Assembly: GCA_964521295.1 (NCBI GenBank)
Contig: CAZFRF010000001.1
Span: 206,146 to 270,145, forward strand
Direction: 5' to 3'
DNA from: an uncultured Gammaproteobacteria bacterium
Lineage (GTDB): Bacteria > Patescibacteriota > Microgenomatia > Levybacterales > UBA12049
Length of the DNA stretch: 64,000 bases
Below, one piece after another: positions 1 to 8,607 of the stretch. The notes under the pieces were generated by a model. The model ran no database searches. It worked only from the letters and a program-made list of their open reading frames with translations, and was not told where the DNA came from. The stretch's first letter is position 1. Every line of letters starts with the position of its first letter. A program made the position numbers and the translations under genes.

Positions 1-875
1 ACGCCAATGCCGCCTACTAAAAGAGAGATTGCCGCTATACCTCCTAAAGCAAGAGACAAGATATTAGTGATGTTGTTTACTAATTCAAGAGAAGATTCGG
101 CTGCCTGAAGCGTGAAGTCATCTTCTGTTAATCTTTTAAGTAGGGTTTTTTTAGATAAATTTAAGACAAATTTAACCTTATGATCATCAATTACAGAAAT
201 ATATGCCGAGTTAATGTTATTTATTCCAAATTGGTTTTGTGTTGCTTGAATTGGAACAACAATAACATTGTCCTGATCAAGACCAAAAACAGATCCTCTC
301 TTGGTTAAGACTCCTATGACTGTATAGACGTTATTGCCAATAAATATTTTTTTACCAATTGGATTTTCAGTTTTAAATAAATTGCTTACAACTGTTTGAC
401 CTAAGACTGCTACTCTTGCACCTGATTTTTCCTGACTTAAAGAGAAAAAAGTTCCCTTTTCAAGTTTTACATTTTTATCAGTTTTGGGATAAAAAGCAGT
501 GGTACCAAAAATGCTCGTTCCTTTACTCTCCTTGTTCTTGTATCTGGTATTTGCAGGCTGAGAGATAACTGGTGCAACGTTAGCTAGGCCTTTTAATTTA
601 ATTGCTAAATTATCTGCGTCTGAGATGAGTAATTTATTTGTAACTACCCCTCCAGGCGTTCTAGCTCCCCCAATTCTTCCTGGAATTAAATATATATTAT
701 TTGCTCCAAAACCATTGATTTGATCAGTAATGTATTTTTGCAAACCTGTACCAATAGAAACAAGTAGAATAATTGCAAATACGCCGATAATAATTCCTAG
801 AGTTGTTAAAAAACTTCTAAGTTTATTTGAAGAAATTGCATTAAAGGAAATTTTTAAAAGTTCAGAATATTGCAT
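1..875 (-). CDS. ABC transporter permease, MacB/FtsX family (partial, C-terminus outside window)
   Basis: Minus-strand ORF with ATG (cat) at 873-875 reads MQYSELLKISFNAISSNKLRSFLTTLGIIIGVFAIILLVSIG..., the typical N-terminal TM helix of MacB/FtsX permeases followed by a periplasmic domain. It lies immediately downstream of the ATPase gene. The ORF runs off the window start. Confidence 0.8.
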   Translation of the reverse strand, partial: MQYSELLKISFNAISSNKLRSFLTTLGIIIGVFAIILLVSIGTGLQKYITDQINGFGANNIYLIPGRIGGARTPGGVVTNKLLISDADNLAIKLKGLANVAPVISQPANTRYKNKESKGTSIFGTTAFYPKTDKNVKLEKGTFFSLSQEKSGARVAVLGQTVVSNLFKTENPIGKKIFIGNNVYTVIGVLTKRGSVFGLDQDNVIVVPIQATQNQFGINNINSAYISVIDDHKVKFVLNLSKKTLLKRLTEDDFTLQAAESSLELVNNITNILSLALGGIAAISLLVGGIG

Positions 876-876
876 A

Positions 877-1557
877 TTAATTTTTTATTAATCCATCTTC
901 CAAATGAATAATTTTCTTAGCTTTTTTAGCTACGTCAAATTCATGGGTGATTAAAACAATTGTTTTACCTTCTTCATTTAATTCCTTCAAAATTTTCATT
1001 ACTTCATTTCCCGAGTTAGTATCTAAATTACCCGTTGGCTCGTCAGCTAAGATAAGTTCTGGATTATTCATTAAGGCTCTGGCGATAGCTACTCTTTGTT
1101 GTTGTCCTCCAGAAAGTTGATTTGGCTTACTATTCATTTTGTCTCCCAAGCCAAGTCTAGTGAGAAGATTTTTGGCTCTTTGAGTTCTTTCTTCTTCATT
1201 TGCACCTGCATAAATGGCGGGTAAAATTACATTTTCAAGAGTTGTTGCTCTTGCGAGTAAATTAAAAGATTGAAAAACAAACCCTAATTCTTTATTGCGG
1301 GTTAGTGCTTGATTATCTTCACTCATGCGACTAACATCAGTGCCGTTCAGAATATATTCTCCCTTAGTGGGAATATCTAGGAGTCCAAGGATATTCATAA
1401 GAGTTGATTTGCCACTACCCGATCTTCCAGTAATAGCTACAAAATCACCTTTATTGATAGTAATGTTAATTCCTTTTAATACACTTGTTACTACTTCTTC
1501 AGTAACATAATCTTTATAAATATTAGACAGTTTAATTAATACGTCTGAAGATTTCAT
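877..1557 (-). CDS. ABC transporter ATP-binding protein (MacB/LolD-like)
   Basis: Walker A GRSGSGKST, ABC signature LSGGQQQRVAIARAL, Walker B ILADEPTGNLD and an H-loop. Confidence 0.92.
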   Translation of the reverse strand: MKSSDVLIKLSNIYKDYVTEEVVTSVLKGINITINKGDFVAITGRSGSGKSTLMNILGLLDIPTKGEYILNGTDVSRMSEDNQALTRNKELGFVFQSFNLLARATTLENVILPAIYAGANEEERTQRAKNLLTRLGLGDKMNSKPNQLSGGQQQRVAIARALMNNPELILADEPTGNLDTNSGNEVMKILKELNEEGKTIVLITHEFDVAKKAKKIIHLEDGLIKN

Positions 1558-1563
1558 TAATAA

Positions 1564-2610
1564 TTATTTAACCTGGGTTGGATCTAGGACAATTTCATCA
1601 TTTTCACTAAGACCAGTTTTAATTTCACTTTCCGTATCGCTTTGCAGACCAGGTGTAACATTGGTTTTAATATATTTACCATTCTTTTTTACGTAAACAG
1701 TTTTATCGTCTAAAAAGCTTGATAAAGGAATAACTAGAACGTTTTTAACTTCTTTTATTATTATTTCCGCATTTCCGCTCATTCCTACTCTATATTTAAA
1801 TTCAGAGTTATCTATATTTAAATCTGCTTTAACTGTATAAGCGTTTCCGCCTGTAGTAGTTGTATGCGTTACAAAATCTATAGAATTTACATGTAATTTA
1901 ATGTTTTCATCTGGATATGTATCTAAGTTAAGATCAACTATTTCTCCTTGAGAAATTTTGCCAATATCTGCTTCATCAACATCCATTGCGAAATTTAAGC
2001 TATTGGGATCAGTTACAGTAAATACTGTTGTAGAGTTTACATTTACTCCTGGAGTATCGGCATCGATTCTAGTCATTACTCCTGCTAAAGGTGAATAAAG
2101 ACATGAATTATTTAAATCATGTTGTACTTTTAAGATTTGATCATAGGCTTTGTTTTGGGCGGCATCAATAGCAGTTCTTTGAACTTTTTCAGCATTTGAT
2201 TCTGTATCATTATTGTGATCATCATAATATTGCTGTGATGCAGCTTTGGCCGCGGTAAAATCTTGCTGTGCTTGTCTATAGCTTGCCTGCAGTTTCTGCT
2301 CGTCAATACAAGCAATAACTTGGCCTTTTTTAACAATGTCGCCTAATTTTACGTAGATTGCCGATAGCGTCTCCAAGCTTTGAAAAGTTAAGTTCGCTTT
2401 ATTTTCTGCTTCAATTTTTCCCGTTATGGAGACTGTTTGCTGGAGATCTTTATAGGTTACTTTTTGAGTTTCAATCTCAACTTTATTTTTTGGCCATAAA
2501 ACAATCGTTATTAGAATGACAATAAAAAGACTAAATAAAGATATCTTTTTGTGATTTTTGATAGTAGTAAATATCTTTTTAATTAAACTTAAGCTAAGTA
2601 ATTTTGCCAT
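1564..2610 (-). CDS. Efflux transporter periplasmic adaptor subunit (HlyD/MacA family)
   Basis: N-terminal TM anchor, long coiled-coil/alpha-hairpin region and beta-barrel/lipoyl-like segments. Forms an operon with the ABC ATPase and permease genes. Confidence 0.75.
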   Translation of the reverse strand: MAKLLSLSLIKKIFTTIKNHKKISLFSLFIVILITIVLWPKNKVEIETQKVTYKDLQQTVSITGKIEAENKANLTFQSLETLSAIYVKLGDIVKKGQVIACIDEQKLQASYRQAQQDFTAAKAASQQYYDDHNNDTESNAEKVQRTAIDAAQNKAYDQILKVQHDLNNSCLYSPLAGVMTRIDADTPGVNVNSTTVFTVTDPNSLNFAMDVDEADIGKISQGEIVDLNLDTYPDENIKLHVNSIDFVTHTTTTGGNAYTVKADLNIDNSEFKYRVGMSGNAEIIIKEVKNVLVIPLSSFLDDKTVYVKKNGKYIKTNVTPGLQSDTESEIKTGLSENDEIVLDPTQVK

Positions 2611-2671
2611 GACAATAAGTACTGATAATCTTAGCTTAGCTTAAATGAGGTATTTAAATCAAGAGAAAAAA

Positions 2672-3169
2672 TTAATGATCTAACGCTAACTCTTTAGAGG
2701 ATAAAATGTGGTTTACAGCATCTTCGTGTACGTGTTCATGGGGAAAGATCCTTAATGCTCTTTTAGTTTTAGGATCTTCCGTAGAATGCATTCTTAAAGC
2801 AACTGCAAGTTCTAAGGCTAAATTATTTCTTCCTCGAACATCAGTTAATTTTTCGAATGAATTATCTCCGAGTAAATAAAAATCATGTTTACCATCAGTT
2901 TTGTGTTCTGCATCAACAACCATTACCACATCTCCACCGTTTTGAACATGAACATTTCTTACCTGGGTATGAATATCAATTGTTTCCATAGGGTCCCCGC
3001 CTCTAATTGTGGCCGTTACTTGATCTCCTAGATCAACCTGAATTTCTCTTGGATGTCTTTTGCCCACAAAAATCCCTCGCTTTTCTAGGTAAGCATTTCT
3101 TCTTGCTTCGGTTGCATGTCTTGGTCTTTGTCTTTCAATATTTCTCATACAGGATAATGATAATAACAC
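2672..3169 (-). CDS. Hypothetical protein (165 aa; true start possibly at the internal M of MRNIERQR)
   Basis: Long ORF with higher local GC. No motif I can assign confidently. Confidence 0.4.
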   Translation of the reverse strand: MLLSLSCMRNIERQRPRHATEARRNAYLEKRGIFVGKRHPREIQVDLGDQVTATIRGGDPMETIDIHTQVRNVHVQNGGDVVMVVDAEHKTDGKHDFYLLGDNSFEKLTDVRGRNNLALELAVALRMHSTEDPKTKRALRIFPHEHVHEDAVNHILSSKELALDH

Positions 3170-3255
3170 AAATGAGGCTATTATGCAATATTATAGGTTA
3201 CTTAGTTTACTAAAGAAGTTAAACTTCCGATTGATAAGTAGATAGAAAGTGTTGT

Positions 3256-3329
3256 GAGCCGCCTGAGGGTCGAACTCAGAACCTATTCCTTAAGAGGGAA
3301 TTGCTCTAGCCAGTTGAGCTAGCGGCCCT
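3256..3329 (-). tRNA. tRNA-Lys (anticodon CTT)
   Basis: Reverse complement reads GGGCCGC-T-AGCTCAACTGGCTAGAGC-A-ATTCC-CTCTTAA-GGAAT-...-CTGAGTTCGACCCTCAG-GCGGCTC-A. This is a cloverleaf with GTTCGA T-loop, anticodon loop CT-CTT-AA, and no encoded CCA. Coordinates +/-2 nt. Confidence 0.85.
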
Positions 3330-3386
3330 TTTGGTTTATATTGTTCGTTAAGTATACTATAATACTCGTAGATAGACAATTATCTC

Positions 3387-3461
3387 GCGCCTGTAGCTCA
3401 GTGGATTTAGAGCATCTCGCTTCGGACGAGAGGGTCGGGGGTTCAAGTCCCTCCAGGCGTA
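3387..3461 (+). tRNA. tRNA-Arg (anticodon TCG)
   Basis: GCGCCTG-TA-GCTCAGTGGATTTAGAGC-A-TCTCG-CTTCGGA-CGAGA-GGGTC-GGGGGTTCAAGTCCCTC-CAGGCGT-A. Anticodon loop CT-TCG-GA. Coordinates +/-2 nt. Confidence 0.85.
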
Positions 3462-3509
3462 CATTTTCCCACTTGAACAATGATAGTGTTATTACGATAT
3501 AATTATTAA

Positions 3510-4763
3510 ATGCTCGCAAAATTAAGACACCCTTTGGTAGTTATTCTGTTAACCGTATTTGTTGATCTTTTAGGTTTTGGTATTTTAATACCAGTTATTC
3601 CGCAGCTTTTAGCAAATCCTAATTCTCCATTTTTTCTTTTACCAGGGAATTTAAATATTTCCCAAGGCTATATTTTATTAGGATTTCTAACAGCAGTATT
3701 CCCTATTGGTCAATTTATAGCTACTCCAATTTTGGGAGAGTTATCTGATAAGTTTGGGAGAAGAAATATTTTAGCATTATCACTAGCTGGGACATGCTTG
3801 TCATATATAATATTTGCTTTAGGAATATTTACGAAAAATATTCCCTTGCTGTTTATATCAAGATTTTTCGATGGCTTAACTGGAGGTAATATTTCAGTTG
3901 CTCAGGCATCAATTGCCGATATAACAACCCCACAAAATAGGGCAAAAAACTTTGGTCTCATGGGAGCTGCATTTGGTATTGGTTTTATTATTGGTCCGTT
4001 TTTAGGTGGTAAATTATCTGATCCAACAGTTATGCCTTGGTTTAATGCTGTCACACCTTTTCTTTTTGCGGCAATCCTTAGCTTTATAAACATAATTTCA
4101 GTTCTACTCTTTTTCCCAGAGACGCTTAGGGAAAGAAGGCACGACTTAAAGATTAAATGGACCAGGTCTATTATGAACGTAGTTCATGCATATAATCTTG
4201 AAAAGTTAAGAGTTCTTTTCTTGACCAATTTTCTCTTTCAAGCTGGTTTTTCATTCTTTGTTACTTTCTTTAGTGTTTACCTAATCAATAAATTTGGTTT
4301 TACTCAGGGCAATATTGGAGATTTCTTTGCTTATATTGGTTTGTGGGTAGCGTTTACCCAGGTTGTTTTAACAAGAGCTATCGGTAAGCGTTTTACAGAT
4401 ATAACAATTTTAAGAGTGACTTTTTTAGGAAGTGCAATCATAACATTTATGTACCTTCTTCCTAATCAAGGTTGGCAATTTTTACTTATTATTCCTTTCT
4501 TTGCAGCATTTAACGGTTTAAATCAAGCGAATGCTTCGGCTTTGGTAAGTAAATCAGTAGATTGGTCTGTTCAGGGAGAAATCTTAGGCGTTAATGCAAG
4601 CGTTCAAGCGTTGGCTCAAGCAATTCCTCCAATATTATCAGGTTATATTGCAGCAAGTCTTTCTCCAGAGGCTCCAATCTTAGTATCTGGAGTGGTTATT
4701 TTGGCTGCCGCCTTGCTTTTCATATTCTTTTTTAAACCTCAAAAAACTGTCCCACAAGTATAG
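3510..4763 (+). CDS. MFS transporter
   Basis: About 12 predicted TM segments. MFS signature G-x-L-a-D-r-x-G-r-R appears as GELSDKFGRRNILALSL between TM2 and TM3. Confidence 0.85.
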   Translation: MLAKLRHPLVVILLTVFVDLLGFGILIPVIPQLLANPNSPFFLLPGNLNISQGYILLGFLTAVFPIGQFIATPILGELSDKFGRRNILALSLAGTCLSYIIFALGIFTKNIPLLFISRFFDGLTGGNISVAQASIADITTPQNRAKNFGLMGAAFGIGFIIGPFLGGKLSDPTVMPWFNAVTPFLFAAILSFINIISVLLFFPETLRERRHDLKIKWTRSIMNVVHAYNLEKLRVLFLTNFLFQAGFSFFVTFFSVYLINKFGFTQGNIGDFFAYIGLWVAFTQVVLTRAIGKRFTDITILRVTFLGSAIITFMYLLPNQGWQFLLIIPFFAAFNGLNQANASALVSKSVDWSVQGEILGVNASVQALAQAIPPILSGYIAASLSPEAPILVSGVVILAAALLFIFFFKPQKTVPQV

Positions 4764-4769
4764 TTAGAT

Positions 4770-5378
4770 TTATAGAAATCTGCTTAGGTTAAAACTCGTT
4801 CTGTGCAATTTAGATAATCCATATTTTTTAAGTGCCTCTTGGTGAAACTTAGTACCATAACCTTTATTTTCAAAAAAATTATATTCAGGAAAATCTAGAT
4901 GTAATTTCTCCATTAGTTTATCTCTATATACTTTAGCAACAATGGAAGCGGCTGCAATGGATACAGAAATGCTATCACCTTTGATAATTGCTTTTTGTAA
5001 ATTTAAATCTAAATCTTTAATTATAAAGCCGTCAATAAGTGCAAATTGAAATTTTTCTTTTAGTTTCTGTAAGGAATTATTTAGTGCGATTTGATTTGCC
5101 TTTCCAATACCTACTGCGTTAATGGTGTCAACCCCAACTTCTGCAATCGCAACGCAAATCGCTTTATCGAATATATACTTACTTAACTCTTCTCTTTGTT
5201 TTGGTGTTAGCTTTTTTGAATCATTTATTCCTTTTATTGCAAAATTTGAAGGTAAAATTACTGATGCGGCGACTATTGGTCCAGCAAATGCTCCCCTTCC
5301 AACCTCGTCAACTCCAGCTATATTGATAAATCCTTTGGACCAAAGTAATTGTTCTTCTTTAAAAGAGGGTTGAGTCAT
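4770..5378 (-). CDS. rnhB: Ribonuclease HII
   Basis: GVDEVGRGAFAGPIVAASVIL catalytic DEV motif plus DSKKLTPKQRE and downstream conserved blocks. The ORF extends to 5438 but the start is likely the internal Met (MTQPSF) at about 5378, leaving a 20-nt overlap with the upstream gene. Confidence 0.85.
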   Translation of the reverse strand: MTQPSFKEEQLLWSKGFINIAGVDEVGRGAFAGPIVAASVILPSNFAIKGINDSKKLTPKQREELSKYIFDKAICVAIAEVGVDTINAVGIGKANQIALNNSLQKLKEKFQFALIDGFIIKDLDLNLQKAIIKGDSISVSIAAASIVAKVYRDKLMEKLHLDFPEYNFFENKGYGTKFHQEALKKYGLSKLHRTSFNLSRFL

Positions 5379-6489
5379 TTTCGGCTTCAATAAGTTGTGG
5401 GGTTTCAACATCCGAGAGTTCTGGTAAGTTACTAACAATTGCTTTTAGTTCCCCATAGAAATTAGCTGTGTTCATGTCTAGCTTATCAACCTGTTTTTCT
5501 TGCTCTTTCCATCTTAGAGTTGCTGATCTTTTCTCTTTTTCCAAGGAATCTCTTAATGCGTTTACTGCATCGAAATGCGCTTGCATTCGATGTTTAAACG
5601 AATCAGAAATAATGTAATCCCTAATCGCACTCCATTCTTCTTCAGTGTGATTTGCCCCAGACTTAGCAGTGGCTATATTAGTAACTAAATACCTAACGAA
5701 TCTACAAATATTGATTGCATTTTCATAATTTGTAACCCAGATTCCATCTTTTCTGTCAAAGCTTGTAACCTCCTCTGGAAGTACTTGGGAAACAATAATG
5801 GCTTCTGATGCAGAAATTTTTGCTGAATCATCTTTTAGTTTTGAAAGCCATGAATTGCTCCACGCCTTAGTTCTTTTTGTTTCCCAGATAATTGAACCAA
5901 CAACTTTTCCATTGAATCTAATTTTTTGCCAAATGTCTGCACCTTCGACACCTTTAGGGATTGGTAAGAATTCATCATTAGGAAAAGTTTCTTTAAGTTT
6001 TGCTTCTAGGTTGAGCTCCAGTGCTTCTCCTTGAAGTTGCTGCGAGCCTTGTTCAAGCTTTCTTTTTAAGTCTTCAGCCTCTTTTTTAAAGGTTTCTGCA
6101 ATTTTTTGAACTTGTTCGAGTTGAATATCTTTTTGTCTTAACTTTAAGGCTTCTGCTTCTTGTGCTTCTTTTTGAGCGGATTTTTTGGCTTCCTCTTTAA
6201 TTTTTTCCTCTGCTTCTTCTCTTTCTTTTTCTTGTTTTTCAAGTAGATCTTTAAGCTGTTGCTCTGTCTTTTTGGCTTCTAGTAAATCTTTTTCTCTTTC
6301 TTTAGCTTCTTCTTCGAATTCTTTTCTGAGTAGCTTTTCTTTTTCTTCAGCTTCTTTAATCTTTTCTTTCTCAAATTGTGCTTGTAAAAGTTTTCTTTCT
6401 TCCTCTCTTACTTTTTGTGAGAGCTGATGAACAATCGCTTCTGAAATTTCTACGTCTTTTCCACAATGAGGGCAAATGATGTTATCCAT
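5359..6489 (-). CDS. DUF2130-family protein with N-terminal zinc ribbon and long E/K-rich coiled coil
   Basis: N-terminal ICPHCGKDVEIS zinc-ribbon-like segment, about 150 aa of EK-rich heptads, and a conserved C-terminal globular domain (GADIWQ...WETKRTKAWSNSWLSKLKDD...) that resembles DUF2130, which has a restriction-endonuclease-like fold. Assignment by recall, not search. Confidence 0.55.
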   Translation of the reverse strand: MDNIICPHCGKDVEISEAIVHQLSQKVREEERKLLQAQFEKEKIKEAEEKEKLLRKEFEEEAKEREKDLLEAKKTEQQLKDLLEKQEKEREEAEEKIKEEAKKSAQKEAQEAEALKLRQKDIQLEQVQKIAETFKKEAEDLKRKLEQGSQQLQGEALELNLEAKLKETFPNDEFLPIPKGVEGADIWQKIRFNGKVVGSIIWETKRTKAWSNSWLSKLKDDSAKISASEAIIVSQVLPEEVTSFDRKDGIWVTNYENAINICRFVRYLVTNIATAKSGANHTEEEWSAIRDYIISDSFKHRMQAHFDAVNALRDSLEKEKRSATLRWKEQEKQVDKLDMNTANFYGELKAIVSNLPELSDVETPQLIEAENDSTLF

Positions 6490-6567
6490 AAGTTTAAATA
6501 TAATACGCTCAAATTATACATATTTCAACAGTTTGAATATACTTTGCATTTTTGTTATTCTTTAATT

Positions 6568-6972
6568 GTGAAACCCTTTTTAAGGAATAGTCTTTTTAAT
6601 GCTTTCTCAATTTTTTTCTTAAGCCAGGTTCTTCCTGGAGTCAAAGTTAGCGATGGTCTTTTTACCTATCTCTTTGGCGGTCTAGCGCTGACACTGCTAT
6701 TTATCTTTTTAAGACCAGTACTAAAAATTTTAGCTTTACCTTTAAATTTAGTAACGCTTGGGGCATTTTCTTTTTTAACAAATGTAATTATTTTTTATTT
6801 ATTAACAGTGCTTGTTTTTGGAATTAGTATTACGTCATTTGACTTTCCTGGCGTCTCTTGGGCTGGGTTTATAATTCCTAAGATTCATTTTAATATTCTT
6901 TTTGCTTTTATAGCTGTGGCCTTCTTCCAATCTGTTTGCGTTTCTTTTTTAAACTGGTTAACTGAAAATTAA
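6568..6972 (+). CDS. DUF360/YvlD-like small integral membrane protein
   Basis: Three or four TM helices (LPGVKVSDGLFTYLFGGLALTLLFIFLRPVLKILALPLNLVTLGAFSFLTNVIIFYL...) matching the phage-holin-4/DUF360 pattern. The track ORF begins at 6466 but overlaps the upstream gene. The in-frame GTG at 6568 is a plausible start. Confidence 0.5.
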   Translation: MKPFLRNSLFNAFSIFFLSQVLPGVKVSDGLFTYLFGGLALTLLFIFLRPVLKILALPLNLVTLGAFSFLTNVIIFYLLTVLVFGISITSFDFPGVSWAGFIIPKIHFNILFAFIAVAFFQSVCVSFLNWLTEN

Positions 6973-7011
6973 GTTTGAAAAGATAGTCAATAAAAGATAT
7001 AATACATACTG

Positions 7012-7236
7012 ATGTTAGTCTTAATTATAAACATCCTAGATATTATTGCAGCTATAGCTTTAATTTGCTTAGTTCTTCTACAAATGCAAGGTAGTGGATT
7101 GTCAGGAGCTTTTGGAGGAGCAGGAGAGTTTTATAGAAGCAAAAGAAGTATAGAGAAATTGCTAATTTGGGCTACAATTGTTGTAACCATAATTTTTGGT
7201 ATTACATCTTTGCTTCTTTTAATTCCTCTAAAATAA
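7012..7236 (+). CDS. secG: Preprotein translocase subunit SecG
   Basis: 74 aa with two TM helices and the SecG signature LLQ-x-G-x-G-x-GL-x-AFGG (LLQMQGSGLSGAFGGAG). Confidence 0.7.
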   Translation: MLVLIINILDIIAAIALICLVLLQMQGSGLSGAFGGAGEFYRSKRSIEKLLIWATIVVTIIFGITSLLLLIPLK

Positions 7237-7242
7237 CAAATT

Positions 7243-8607
7243 ATGATTTTCTTAAAAAGAAGAAGATTAATTTTCTGGTTAATAAAAGCCTATATCAAAA
7301 GGTGGAGAAAAACTATTTTAATTTCCTTTGTTTTTGGGCTGATTGCTTTCTTCCTTCTTCGCTACGGAGTAAACTATTTCGTTCCCCTACTTCCTTTTGT
7401 TCATGAAGAAAAAATTGGAATTGAAGGCGCTTATACAATTGATACATTACCTTCGACAATTATTTCTAAAGTTTCTGTTGGTTTAACTAAATTTGACGCA
7501 AATTATAAACCAATTCCAGGTGTTGCTAAGAAATGGGAAATAAAAGATAACGGTAAGACATACATTTTTTATCTCAAAGATAATATTAATTTCAGCGACA
7601 AGACAAAACTTACTTCAGACTTAATAAAATACAATTTTATAGGTGTAAATACACAAACACCTAATGACTCAACAATTGTTTTTAGACTCAAAAATAGCTA
7701 CGCGCCATTTTTGGTTACCGTAACTAGACCAATTTTTAAATCAGGGTTTGTAGGAATTGGAGATTATAAAGTTCAATCGGTTAAGTTAAATGGAGATTTT
7801 GTACAATCAATTACTTTAAGATCTCTAAAACAACAAAAAACTGTTTTAATTTATCAATTTTATCCCACTCAAGAAGCTTTAAAGACAGCTTTTGTTTTAG
7901 GGGAAATTGATAAGGCAATCAATTTAACAGATGTTAAGTTTAAAGATACTTCTTTTGAAAAGTTTCAAGGAGTAAATGTTTCCAGAAGGCTTGATGATCA
8001 AAACTTAGTAACTCTTTTTTACAATACAATTGATAAAAATTTATCAGATAAAAGACTTAGAGAGGCAATTGCCTATGCTATTCCCGATAAGTTTATGCAA
8101 GGATACAGAAATCATGGTCCTTTTTCTCCAAAATCATGGGTAAATAGTCCAAATTTAGCAACGTATACTCAGGATTTTGAACACGCAAAGCTTTTACTGG
8201 ATAATTCCGATTCATTTAAAGCAAATAAAAATGGGATTGCGTTTGAATTAAAAACTTTTCCTAAGTATGAGAGCTTAGCTAAAATTATTCAAAATAATTT
8301 AAAGAAATTAAATATACATATCAAAATTACCGTTGTTGATTCTCTGCCTACACAGTTTCAAATGTTTTTAGGCGATTTTAGGGTTCCTAGAGATCCAGAT
8401 CAATACATACTTTGGCATTCTTCCCAGGAAGACAATATTACAAAATATAAGAATTTAAGGATTGATAAGCTTTTAGAAGACGGAAGAGAAGTTAATTCAA
8501 TAGAAGAAAGAAAGAAGTTGTATACAGATTTTCAGAAGTACTTACTTGATGATCCTCCCGCAACTTTTCTTTTATTCCCCTATCTCTTTGATGTTAGTAG
8601 AAAGTAG
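7243..8607 (+). CDS. ABC transporter substrate-binding protein, family 5 (oligopeptide/nickel type), apparently short at the C-terminus
   Basis: N-terminal TM anchor. SBP_bac_5-like blocks GLTKFDANYKPIPGVAKKWEIKDNGKTYIFYLKDNINFSD and downstream conserved segments. At 454 aa it is shorter than typical family-5 SBPs. Its 3' end overlaps uvrC tail-to-tail. Confidence 0.65.
   Translation: MIFLKRRRLIFWLIKAYIKRWRKTILISFVFGLIAFFLLRYGVNYFVPLLPFVHEEKIGIEGAYTIDTLPSTIISKVSVGLTKFDANYKPIPGVAKKWEIKDNGKTYIFYLKDNINFSDKTKLTSDLIKYNFIGVNTQTPNDSTIVFRLKNSYAPFLVTVTRPIFKSGFVGIGDYKVQSVKLNGDFVQSITLRSLKQQKTVLIYQFYPTQEALKTAFVLGEIDKAINLTDVKFKDTSFEKFQGVNVSRRLDDQNLVTLFYNTIDKNLSDKRLREAIAYAIPDKFMQGYRNHGPFSPKSWVNSPNLATYTQDFEHAKLLLDNSDSFKANKNGIAFELKTFPKYESLAKIIQNNLKKLNIHIKITVVDSLPTQFQMFLGDFRVPRDPDQYILWHSSQEDNITKYKNLRIDKLLEDGREVNSIEERKKLYTDFQKYLLDDPPATFLLFPYLFDVSRK

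Noticed and set aside
3319-3519. 66-aa ORF on the minus strand
   Set aside because: It overlaps the tRNA-Lys(CTT) and tRNA-Arg genes and is an artefact of stop-free tRNA sequence.
6040-6420. Highly repetitive-looking stretch (ctt/ttc/aag-rich, ORFs in several frames on the + strand), considered as a tandem DNA repeat or CRISPR-like array
   Set aside because: It is the antisense of the E/K-rich coiled-coil coding region of the DUF2130-like gene on the minus strand. The periodicity is codon-level (GAA/AAA/GAG) with no conserved repeat-spacer structure.
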